Positions 1 through 11,319 of a DNA stretch of 64,000 bases are shown here, piece after piece. The notes beneath the pieces were generated by a model. That model searched no databases. It saw only the letters and a list, made by a program, of their open reading frames with translations, and was not told the origin of the DNA. Positions within the stretch are counted from its first letter, which is position 1; each line of letters opens with the position of its first letter. Source of the DNA: Cetorhinus maximus (lineage: Eukaryota); the NCBI RefSeq assembly GCF_964194155.1, contig NC_135893.1, positions 78,120,001 through 78,184,000 of the forward strand, written 5' to 3'. The translations under genes and the position numbers were made by a program.

Positions 1-267
1 TTAAAACCAGGCCAGCTCATTTCCAGGCTTGGAGAGATGGATGGAAACAAGTGCATGTCAAATTCAAACCCATTCCATGTTTGTACTCAAGTTACTTAAT
101 AATTTGGGACGTCCTGTTGACAGGACTCTAGGCTCAGCCTTTGACTCAGCCATGTACCTGCTGTGCAGTGTGTTTATTTTAGATGCAAGGTATTTAAAGA
201 TGCAGAAGATTAAACCCCCACATTTGAAGTGCAAAGCTGTTCACCCGACAGCTCAGCAAATAATTAA

Positions 268-582
268 TTTTTTTATATTCGTTCATGGCAAGGCCAGCAT
301 TTGTTGCCCATCCCTAATTGCCCTTGAACTGAGGCCAGTTTGCTCAGTCATTTCAGAGGGCAGTTAAGAGTCAACCACCTTGCTGTGGATCTGGAGTCAT
401 ATGTAGGCCAGACCAGGTAAGAATGGCAGATTTCCTTTCCTAAATGACATTAATGAACCAGATGGGTTTTTTTTATGTTTGTTGTCATGGTCACCATTAC
501 TGAGACTGCTTTTACATTCCAGATTTTTTATTCATTGAATTTAAATTCCACTAGCTAACGTGGTGGGATTTGAACCCAGGTC
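268..582 (-). mobile_element. SINE-like internal-deletion derivative of the tRNA-headed LINE at 6637-9491 (head truncated)
   Basis: Reverse complement carries a B box (GGTTCAAATCC), matches the LINE 5' region (about 6705-6925) and joins directly to the LINE 3' tail AAGGGCAATTAGGGATGGGCAA. Confidence 0.85.
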
Positions 583-588
583 ATCAAG

Positions 589-785
589 ATAAAAGCAAAA
601 TAATGCGGATGCTGGAAATCTGAAATAAAAACAGAAAATGCTGGAAAAACTCAGCAGGTCTGGCAGCATCTGTGAAGAGAGGAACAGAGTTAACGTTTCG
701 AGCCCGTATGACCTTTCTCCAGAGCTAAAGAGAAGTAGAAATGTGATGAATGTTATACTGTTTAAGAAGGGGGTGGAGCAATGGA
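589..785 (-). mobile_element. Penelope-like element pseudo-LTR 3' fragment with degenerate hammerhead
   Basis: Reverse complement matches the end of the repeat at about 10540-10674; CTGGAGAAAGGTCATACGGGCTCGAAACGTTAACT at about 688-722. Confidence 0.8.
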
Positions 786-2304
786 AACTCAGAATCGTGT
801 CATGCAAGGTCAGCTCGTGTAAACTCAGACGGCACTCCATGGCTACAGATACCAGTGTTTAAGGGGCTTGAGGAAACAGACTGTCATGAGGTGCTGCCAC
901 AGGGGAGTAGCAGTGGCTCCATGGTGTACGAAGTGATTTGATGGCTCATTTGTGCTATTGTCTTGGAGAACCTTTCACTGGTTATTAAAAGTGATTGAAT
1001 GATGAGAGAAATCTGCTCTTTTAATAATTACTCTTCGTTACCCAAACCATAATTTTTACTGGAAGACGTTGCATAGACTATTGAGGCCTATACAAAGTCA
1101 GTCAGGCTTAGAAATTATTTTGAGTGGTCCTGGGTTTCTTTTTCATGCCCAGTTGTAACCATTCTCATTTCCAGTACATTTTGCTTTAGCTTGGGACGAT
1201 AACGAGAAACTCGCACTCCTGATTAGACGTCACCCTCGAACTGAGGGACAGCCGAGGACGAACGAGGTCTGCCCCAAAAATTTAGATTGGTAATTTATTG
1301 CTTCCTAATTTGTGCTCGTGGATTGTACAGAAAGTTTGCAGAATGCAGCATTAAGTGTATACTAAACTACAAAACTAGCAAAAGATTGCTGTTGCAAGTT
1401 TCAGGTCTGCCTTACTTTGGGGTACAGCAGTCCTGGCCACTCCTTTAAACAGTCTTGAGTGTCTTACATTTAGGAGTGCACCTGTTCTATCCAAAATAAA
1501 ATTATATGATAGCATAACCCAGGGACATAACAATAGGACTCTCTTATGATCTGAAATGGATTTTGTATCTCCCACATGCATCCTCATAGGCAGATCCACA
1601 GCCATTTTGAAGGAATGCCTGAGAAATGCTTGCTGAAGTGAATCCTAATATTAATAATTAGCTACTAATTTCACAGCCGGCAATTGGTATACTGAGTAAC
1701 AAGCAAAGCAAATTCCTCTTACTTAACTCAATCTCACTTCTAAAGAACGATAAAAATAACAACCCATACTATAAGACAATTTGACGAACCAAACATTGTT
1801 GCAACGTCATCCTTTTATTATGTTCAAGCAAGTCTAGACGCGGCAATATCTTTAAGCACTAGCTACACAGAAAAATAAATCTAATTACACCATTCTTTCC
1901 TGGGTGGAAACATAACCTTCATTGATCCTTTCGATCTAGACTCTGTTTACAAATTGTTAAGGAAAACTCAAAATCTTTATGGGCCACGGATGGTGTACAC
2001 TATCCTTGATGATTCATTATGACACGACATGTGTTATTGGGAACAAGACACACAGAAATTACAGAGTTCCTACAAAATACCAGATGCCAAGGTGTTTACC
2101 ATCCTGACCTATTATCCCATTTTCTACCTTAAAAGTATCTCAGTTACCTTGTTTCATAATGTGACAACAAAAAGAGGCCAACTGGTGAAAATCGTGCACC
2201 CTACGCTTTCAGTAGAAGCTAAACAGCACACTCGGCTAAATCATATACTGACACATTAAACCTAAAGTGTTCAGGGAATGAAAAACTGTAACCATTTCAT
2301 CCAA

Positions 2305-2988
2305 GGGCAGAATTTTTCCCTTGTTGGGTGGGCGCGCGTCCGACCGAACGGTGGTAATATAGTGCACGATGACGTCGGGCAAGCGTCCTGAAGTCATTGC
2401 GTACTCTTGCGATATTTTGCTCGGCAGGTACGCACGAGAGGTGGCCTGCCAACAATTAACAGGCCTATTAAGCCCTTAATCAATTAATTAAATGGAATTT
2501 TTCACTGCCCGTCCAACCATTCGGTTGGTGGACGGGTGAATAGACCATGTGGCCTTTGCATTTTTTGCGAAGCTTCATTATTGGGCGGGCTGAGGTTTCG
2601 ACCAGTGATTTAAAAACTCATTTTTAACATGTCCCTGCTCATGTGACTCTGTCAACTGAGGGGACGTGTTTCCCTTATTTTTCCATTCTTTATTTTTCAT
2701 GTTAAAAATCTTCAGCTCCCTGAGACAGCTCTGTGCCTTCAGGGATCTTTCACTGAGCGCACCCACACGCATGCGCTGACCTCCGCACCCCCCCCACCCC
2801 CCCACCCCCCCGACCCCCCTCCACCCCGGCAGCGCTGAGTGTTTCAGTGCGCGATTCACACTGGCGGCCCGTTAATTGGCCAGTCGGTGTGAAATCGGGG
2901 TCAGGGCCTGGTCACGGGCAGGGGACCGCTGCGCAGCCACTCCCAGGCTTGCCCGCTGGGCCCACCCAACGAGGGGAAAATCCTCCCC
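2305..2988 (+). mobile_element. Harbinger-type MITE (about 680 bp family)
   Basis: About 29-bp imperfect TIRs (GGGCAGAATTTTTCCCTTGTTGGGTGGGC / GCCCACCCAACGAGGGGAAAATCCTCCCC); flanks CAA/CGA; homologous to copies at 39386, 46221, 52652 and 55295. Confidence 0.85.
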
Positions 2989-5208
2989 CGAGCCATGTAT
3001 GAGCAAAAAGAAAGTAAAAGCCATAATCTTATGAGATTAAAGAAACTGCTATCCCTAAATGTATATGTCATGACTGGTGTATTTTACAGAACCCTCTTCT
3101 TATTGTGGGTTAACTTACCTTTGTTAGGATCTCCTCTCTACTAGGTTACTCATAATTGCTAAAGCCTCAAGCCTCAGGTCTACACCTCAGTATCTTGTTT
3201 AAAATTCTTCTGCCCATGTGTCCCTAAGCTTCCTTCTCTCTCTGTTCGCAGCCAGCTGAAGGGCTGTAATGATGGTCAGGATTCCCCGCTCCCGGTCACA
3301 GCGGGCACCATGGTGGGCGGGAGCAGAAAACATTGCGAGAAGGCCAAAAATCTGTTTTACAATGTCATAAAACCAGTTGAGGATTGTGGGCTGCAGCCTT
3401 CAATGGCAGGCCCTGTTTGCTGCCATCACACATCAGGAACAGAATTTCAATATATTTACATCTCGCTGTAGGAACTGCACTCCGGGAGTATCCCTCCACG
3501 CTGGAGCGCCCGGGCATGTCGGTGTGCAATTACAACAACGTGTTTCACAACAGCAAGCGACCTGCACCCGGCAACCTGCACTTCGCTTGTGACATTGAGG
3601 TTCATTAGCCTATCTTTCATTGCACAGCGCTCACACAAATCAGCACCAGGCTTCGCAGGCAGCACCACATCGCCTTTCAGGGAGGGTGCCAGACGCAAGT
3701 CTCTACCTATCAGACCAGCAGTAAGGAAGGCTTTTAATGGGCTGCAGGGTTAGGGCTGCACTGGGGGGGTAAGAGTGGGGACGTTTGCACTCAGACACAT
3801 GACTGGGGGGGTAGTGCAGAGAGTTAATGCCCTCAGTGCCAGGATGGGGAGAGAGTGTGTTACCGAATGACATAAGCCACTTGGGGCCAGAATGGGAGGA
3901 TCACTGAGTGAAGAAATGCTTCAATGTTGAGCTTACAAAGACTGTCCTTGTCCTAGTCCAGGGAGGGGGAGGGAATGTCAGTCCAGTCTCGGTCGTGCCC
4001 ATCATGTTGTGCGCAGGGTGTTTTTGTAACATATGCACCTCAGCCCGTGGGGTTTCTTGTATCACACCGGGCCACAGATGGCACACTCAGTCAGGGGAGG
4101 CATCTGCAGCCAACAGATGGGGAAAAGGCATTGTGGGAGTATCCGAAGGTGTCGGGCGGGGGGCGGTATATGTTTAACTGTGCAAGTGGCCTCAAGATGG
4201 GGAGGGGTGAGGTCCACATGGGACATAGACACATCCACCTCAAAATGTTTATGGGCTAACAAACGGATATCCACCACAATCATGATGGGATGAAGGAATG
4301 CAGGGGGAGGATTGAGAGGTCCTGGAGAGTGGGAAACCTGAGCATGGAGCTGCTCTGGGGTGATGGGAGAGGTTCCTACACTCACACAGGGAGGGTCCAA
4401 GCTGGTCTGGCAGTGAGAGCTCAGCACCACCATCTTCCAACCTGCAGTGATGGCGCAGTGCAAAATTAAAATGTGGAGAAGCTCTCCCAGTGAGGGCTCT
4501 GAGGGCCGATTGGAGTGCAGGGCCTTGCACTTGGGGGCCAATTAAAGGGGCACCCAACTGAACTGCGCATTCCCGAGCGAGGGGAGAGGCAGAGCTGAGT
4601 CACATTAGGAGCCTTTCAATGACAATGCAGGGAATCAGGAAAGTGAAGCAATGATGTGCGTTCATGTGAGACTAATCCCCCAGAGTGGCACTAATTGATC
4701 TCCTTGTATTAACCCCTTGTTTGCAACATGGAAATTCCCCGGAGTGATAATGAAACCCAGAGCAATTGGGTGACTGGACGAGTTTCAAACACATGTTATA
4801 ATTGTGGTGTTGGCAGCTTCACTGAAGAGAAGCCTCAGGCTGCCCTCAAATAATCTCAGTTCCCGACTAAACATTTACCCTCATGCTTATTCCAAAGAGT
4901 GCAGCATTAGAGGGCAGTGAGTGAGGCTCCCAGCACCTGGGCTGAAAGCAGCACATCCAAGCACCTGGCCAAAGCAATGTCCTAGCAGTCAGTCATGTAA
5001 AGGGGGGTATTGGGAGTGTGTGGGGAGATGCACCTTGAAATGCAACCCATGCTGGCCAGGATTTCAGGAGCGAGTAGTTGCCAACACTGGAAAAAAGCCC
5101 TTGGGCCCACACTCACTGATGAGTCCTTGACAGAAATAGGACCTTTGGAGGCTGATGCTGGCTCATGTCTGTTTTTCATTGATCTGCAGAGAGGAGACCA
5201 TCAGGAAG

Positions 5209-6337
5209 ATGGAGGCTGGATTTATCGCTGCTGCATAATTGCTTACAGGCAGGAGAGAAGAAGGAGAAGATTGCAGCAGAGGTGCCTGGATCGTCCAAGG
5301 GAGGAGCAAAACCCTCAAGGCCAAGGAGTAGCAGGACCCCCTCTGGACACAAGGATGAGACTCACAAAAATGTCATATGTAGTCGGTTCACGAGGCCAAG
5401 AGTGTACACAACTCGCATGTCTTATCTGCAGGTGAGCGAGAACCAGTACCGCTGATGTCTCTGCATGTCCGGGGATCTGATCACTCACATTCACCACATT
5501 CTCCAGAAATTGGCGCCATGAGGACTGCAGGTGGGGGGCATCCATTGCTAGTGGCTCTGAAAGTAACAGCCACACTCAACTTCTACGCTAGTGGCTCCTC
5601 CCAGAGCTCCACAGGGGATCTCTGCGGATCTCCCAAGGGTCCACGCACAAACGCATTCATGAGGTCACAGACGTCCTTTTTGCCAAGGCCCACAATTACA
5701 CCAACCCGACAGTGATCAAGAGAGCCAGGACGCCAGAGCACTGGGCTTTGCTGAGTTTTCCAGATTCCCACAGCTGCAGAGAGCCATCGACTGCACTCAT
5801 GTGACTATAAAAGCTCCAAAGCTCCCTGGAAACAGGCACTGCAAAACATGTACAGGAAAGGCTACCACTCACTCAATCTACAGCTGGTCTGTGACCACAA
5901 GAAACTGATCATGCAGGTTTGTGCCAGATACCCAGGAAGCTGATGATGCCCGTGTAGCAGCCTCAAACTCCTGCAGAGAGAAGGTACAACGAGGCTCATG
6001 GTGCTACCCGAGCATTGGTGAAGCACACCATAGGGATCCTAAAGATGCAATTCCGATGCTTGGGCAGATCTGGAAAGCACTCCAGAGAATCTCACAGATC
6101 AGTGTGTTTTGCTGCGCGCTGCACAACCTGGCGCTGCAGAAGGGGGAGGACCTGCCAGATGCCAACATGGGGGAGCTGCACATCTCCTCCATTGAGGAGG
6201 ACGTCAAAGGGGATGAAGGCGTTGAGTTGGAGGAACCTGAGACTGCAGGGGGAGAGGCGATAGCATGGGCCAGATAATGCAGGCATTGCGAGGCCGTCAT
6301 AGCCACCAGATTCCTCCAGGAGGACGAGTTGCAGTGA
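5209..6337 (+). pseudogene. Harbinger (HARBI1-like) DDE transposase, frameshifted and internally deleted
   Basis: Motifs GGHPLLVALKVTATLNFYASGS, IDCTHV, RKGYHSLNLQLVCDH, HTIGILKMQFRCL and CCALHNL spread over several frames with stops. Confidence 0.9.
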
Positions 6338-6636
6338 GTACCCTCTTGGACAAGTGCCCTCTACCATGGGCCCACATGAACACCAGTGTTGGTATTCCTC
6401 TCATTTCACCCAGGCACTTCAATGTGAGAGTGAATAGTTACACATCAGCCTCACATTGTCCTGATCCTTTGAAGGATGATGACGCCTTGGGAGCCTGTGT
6501 CCTCACTGAGATGAGGTGTTAACTGGAGGAGGGAGTCCCGGCATCAGATGTCAGAAGGTGCTGCCTCCTCAAGCGTCTCTCCAGCATCCCAGTTGCAGCT
6601 GCAGCCAAGAGCCAGGAGCTGTTCCACTATCCTCAG

Positions 6637-9491
6637 GGGGAGGGAGCGGCACAGTGGTATTGCTGCTTGTCTAGTAATCCAGAGATCCAGGGTAATGCTT
6701 TGGGGACCCGGGTTTGAATCCCTCCAGGGCAGATGGTGAAATATGAATTCAATAAAAATCTGGAATTGAAAGTCTGATGATGACCATGAAACCATTGTCA
6801 TAAAAACCCATCTGGTTCACTAATGCCCTTTAGGTAAGGAAATCTGCCATCCTGGCCTACATGTGACACTAGACTCACAGATGCGTGGTTGACTTTTAAC
6901 TGCCCTCTGAAATGACCTAACAAACCGATGTGTCAAACCACTAGAAAGCATATAAGGAATAAAACCAGGCTGACCATCCAGCATCAACCTAGGCAATGGA
7001 AACGACAACGGCAAACTCAGCCCTGTCGACCCTGCAAAATCCTCCTTACTAACATCTGGGGGCTAGTTCCAAAACTGGGAGAGCTGGCTCACAGACTAGT
7101 CAAGCAACAGCCTGACATAGTCATCCTCACAGAATCATACCTTACAGATAATATCCCAGGGACCACCATCACCATCCTTGGGTATGTCCTCTCCCACTGA
7201 CAGGACAGACCCAGCAGAGGTGGTGGCACAGTGGTATACAGTCAGGAGGGAGTTGCCCTGGGAGTCCTTAACTTCGACTCTGAACCCCATGAAGTTTCAT
7301 GGCATCAGGTCAAAGATGGACAACTATTACATACCACACCCCACCCCTCAGCTGATGAATCAGTGCCCCTCCATGTTGAACACCACTTGGAGGAAGCACT
7401 GAGGGTGGCCAGGGCGCAGAATGTACTCTGGGTGGGGGACTTCAATGTCCATCACCAAGAATGGCTCAGTAGCACCAGTACAGACCGAGCTGGCCGAGTC
7501 CTAAAGGACATAGCTGCTAGACTGGGTCTGCAGCAGGTGGTGAAGGAACCAACAAGAGGGAAAAATATACTTGACCTCATCCTCACCAACCTGCCTGCCG
7601 CAGATGCATCTGTCCATGACAGCATTGGTAGGAGTGACCACCGCACAGTAGTTGTGGAGGTAAAGCCCCGCCTTCACATTGAGGATACCCTCCATCATGT
7701 CGTGTGGCACTACCACCATGCCAAATGGGACAGATTTCGAACACATCTAGCAACTCAAGACTGGGCACCCATGAGGCACTGTGGGCCATCAGCAGCAGCA
7801 GAATTGTACTTGAACACAATCTGTACCTCATGGCCCAGCATATCCCCCACTCTACCATTACCATCAAGCCAGACAATCAACCCTGGTTCAATGAAGAGTG
7901 CAGGAGGGGATGCCAGCAGCAGCACCAGGCATACCTAAAAATGAGGTGTCAACCTGGTGAAGCTACAACACAGGACTACCTGTGTGCCAAACAGCATAAG
8001 CAGCAAGTGACAGACAGCTAAGCGATCCCACAACCAACGGATCAGATCTAAGCCCTCTGCAGTCCTGCCACATCCAGTTGTGAATGGTGGTGGACAATTA
8101 AAGAACTCACTGGAGGAGGAGGCTCCACAAATATTCACAACCTCAATGATGGAGGAGCCCAGCGCATCTGTGCAAAAGATAAGGCTGAAGCATTCACATA
8201 ATTTTTAGCCAGAAGTACCAAGTGAATAATCCACCTCGGCTTCCTCCAGAGGTCCCCAGCATCACAGATGCCAGTCTTCAGACAATTCAATTCACTCCAT
8301 GTGATATCAAGAAACAGCTGAAGGCACTGGATACTGCAAAGCCTATGGGCTCTGACAATATTCTGGCAATAGTACTGAAGACTTGTGCTCCAGAACTTTC
8401 TGCACCCCTAGCCAAGCTGTTCCAGTACAGCTACAACACTGGCATCTACCCAGGAATGTGGAAAATTGGCCAGGTATGTCCTGTACACAAAAAGCAGGAC
8501 AAATCCAACCCAGCCAATTACTGCTCCGTCAGTCTACTCTCGAATCTGTAAAGTAATGGAAGGGGTCATCAACAGTGCTATCAAATGGCACTTGCTTAGC
8601 AATAACCTGCTCACTGATGCTCAGTTTGGGTTCCGCCAGGGTCACTCAGCTCCTGACCTCAGTACAGCCTTGGTTCAAATATGGACAAAAGAGCTGAACT
8701 CCCGAGGTAAGGTGAGAGTGACTGCCCTTGACATGAAGGCCGCACTTGACCGAGTGTGGCATCAAGGAGGCCTCGCAAAACTGGAGTCAATGGGAATGAG
8801 GGGGAAAACTCTCCGCTGGTTAAACCTAGCACAAAGGAAGATGGTTGTGGTTGTTGGAGGCCAATCATCTCAGTCCCAGGACATCACTGCAGGAGTTCCT
8901 CAGGGTAGGAATCCTGCAGCGAGTAACTCACCGCGTGACTCCCCAAAGCCTGTCCACCATCTCCAAGACACAAGTCAAGTGTGTGTTGGAATGCTCTCCA
9001 CTTGCCTGGATGAGTGCAACTCCAGCAACACTCAAAAAGCTTAACACCAATTAGGACAAGGCAGCTTGTTTGATTGGCACCTAATCCACAAATATTCACT
9101 CCCTCCACCACCGACAGTAGCAGCAGTGTGTTCCACCTACAAGATGCACTGCAGGAACTCACCAAGCCTCCATAAACAGCACCCTCCAAACCCATGACCA
9201 CTACCATCTAGAAGGACAAGGGCAGCAGACATATGGAAACATCACCATCTGAAAGTTCCTCTCCAAGCCAGTCACCATCCTGACTTGGAAATATATCACC
9301 GTTCCTTCGCTGTCGTGGGTCAAAATCCTGGAACTCCCTCCCTAACAGCACTGTGGGTGTACTTACACCTCAGGGACTACAGCAGTTCAAGAAGGCAGCT
9401 CACCACCACCTTCTCAAGGGCAATTAGGGATGGGCAATAAATGCTGTTCTAGCCAGCGACGCCCACATCCCATGAATGAATTGAAAAAAAA
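6637..9491 (+). mobile_element. Non-LTR retrotransposon (CR1 group, single APE-RT ORF) with tRNA-derived 5' head; degenerate, RT core deleted
   Basis: APE motifs (TNIWGL, PDIVILTES, GDFNVH, LDLILTN, SDH); RT motifs (QFGFR, ALDMKAALDRVWH, GVPQG); tail ATGAATGAA plus oligo-A; TSD ATCCTCAG (6629-6636) / ATCTTCAG (9492-9499). Confidence 0.9.
6647..6721 (+). promoter_or_regulatory. tRNA-like internal Pol III promoter (A box and B box) at the LINE 5' end
   Basis: A box CGGCACAGTGG at 6647-6657; anticodon-like loop CTAGTAA at 6671-6677; B box GGTTTGAATCC at 6711-6721; sister copies have TGGCATAGTGG and GTTCGAATCC. Confidence 0.75.
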
Positions 9492-10230
9492 ATCTTCAGT
9501 GGGCTCATAGCTGCATGCCTTCAATCTGGCAAACGCTCCTCAAGAGATCCATCTCCAGCAATGGGACAATGCAATCTGTATAACATCGATGGTGAAACTG
9601 ATTGTACCTAAGAACATAAGAAATAGGAGCAGGAGTAGACCATTCGGCCCCTCGAGCCTGCTCCGCCATTCAATTAGATCATGGCTGATCCTCTTGTGTT
9701 TCGATTTCCACATTCCCATCTAACCCCGATAACCTATGATTCCTTTGCCTAACAAGAATCTATCTACCTGTGCCTTAAAAATATTTAATGACACCTCTTC
9801 CACCACCTACTGAGACAGAGAGTTCCAAAGTCACACAACACTCTGAGGAAAAAAATTCTCCTCATCTCTGTCCTAAAAGGGCGACACTTAATTTTAAAAC
9901 AGTGCCCCTAGTTCTGGACTCACCCACAAGAGGAAACGTCCCTTCTACATCCACCTTGTCAAGGCCGTTCAGGATCTTGTATACTTCAATCAAATCACCC
10001 CTCACTCTTCTAAACTCCAGTGGAAACAAGCCCAGTCTGTCCAACCTTTCCTCATAAGACAACACACTCATTCCAGATATCAATCTAGTAAACCTCCTCT
10101 GAACCACCTATAATGCATTTACATCCTTCCTTAAATAAGTAAACCAAAACTGCACATAGTATTCAAGGTGTGGTCTCACCAGTGCCCTGTATAACTGAAG
10201 CATAACATCCTTACTCTTCATTATTTCATT

Positions 10231-10674
10231 ATTTCCATTTTTTAAAAGTGTATTTCCATCCATTGTTTTATCTCTACCTTTTAGCCTATTTCGATCCCTT
10301 CCTCCCACCCCACCCTTGCTAGGGCTATCTGTCACTTGCTTGTCCTGCTTTCTACCCTTAATGTCATCATAGTACATCCCTCAGCTAATATCACCACCGT
10401 CAACACCCCTTTGTCCTTTTGTCTATGACATCTTTGGCAATCTCTTCTTTGCCTCCACCTATCACTGGCCCTCTATCCAGCTCTACCTGTCTCACCCCCC
10501 TCAACTAGCTTATATTTCACCTCATTTCTATATTTCTTAGTTCTGATGAAGAGTCATACGGACTCGAAATGTTAACTGTGTTCCTCTCTGCAGATGCTGT
10601 CAGACCTGCTGAGTTTTTCCAGCTACTTTTGTTTTTGTTTCAGATTTCCAGCATCAGCAGTATTTTGCTTTTAT
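10231..10674 (+). repeat. Penelope upstream pseudo-LTR
   Basis: Near-identical direct repeat of 13543-13987. Confidence 0.92.
10539..10577 (+). ncRNA. Minimal type I hammerhead ribozyme motif
   Basis: AGTT-CTGATGA-A-GAGTC-ATACG-GACTC-GAAA-TGTT-AACT: catalytic core, 5-bp stem II and stem I AGTT/AACT. Confidence 0.8.
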
Positions 10675-11319
10675 CTTAGTGTCTAATTGACTGCCACTTC
10701 TCATCCAGGAATGCCTACCTTGAAGGCATACTGGTCTTCTCTCCGACAGGATTTCTGCTTGTCTCTTTTGCCCTGTACACCTTCATTGCTTTCCACTTCT
10801 CTCCTGGTGTTTGACAAGCTGTTTACTAAAACTCACTTTCACAGCCATACTTCCTTCCTCAGTGACTGTCTCTGTCTCTGACTTACCCCACGTGGATTCC
10901 AACTGAAGTTCCATCCCTCATGTTTCGAACCCACCCAGGATTACAGGTATCTCCGGGACATACAATGCTCTTCGGACTGCTGTTCTCGTCGCATCCTGAG
11001 TTCCACACTCAGTGCCATGCACCGCCAAATGAACACATTCGACCTCTCCCTCCAGCAGCACCAACGCACCCTTTTTTTAAGCTGTCCCTGCCCCTAGTTT
11101 CATTTTATTCTTCGTCTCATCTGACGCCTCAACAAAAAACTTTGTCTCTTTCTTTCAGGTGCAAAGAAATGCAATCTGCAACAACTCATCGACACCAACA
11201 TCCATCCAGGACCCTCCACCCCTGCCCATCCCTCTGACCCCACCCCGTCTTCCAATCACAGCCCCGGCCGCGTATTCACTATACCCCCTGACCTTTCCCT
11301 CTCTGATGCTGAACATTCA

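Noticed and set aside
1190-1290. CpG-island promoter
   Set aside because: Only about 100 bp of modest CpG enrichment, with no linked first exon identified.
5209-6337. Domesticated HARBI1 gene
   Set aside because: Multiple frameshifts, stops and loss of the central catalytic segment; the same applies to 31128-31685.
6637-6730. Functional tRNA-Thr gene
   Set aside because: Stems are mismatched, there is no terminator, and it is contiguous with a repeated retroelement, so it is treated as a derived head.
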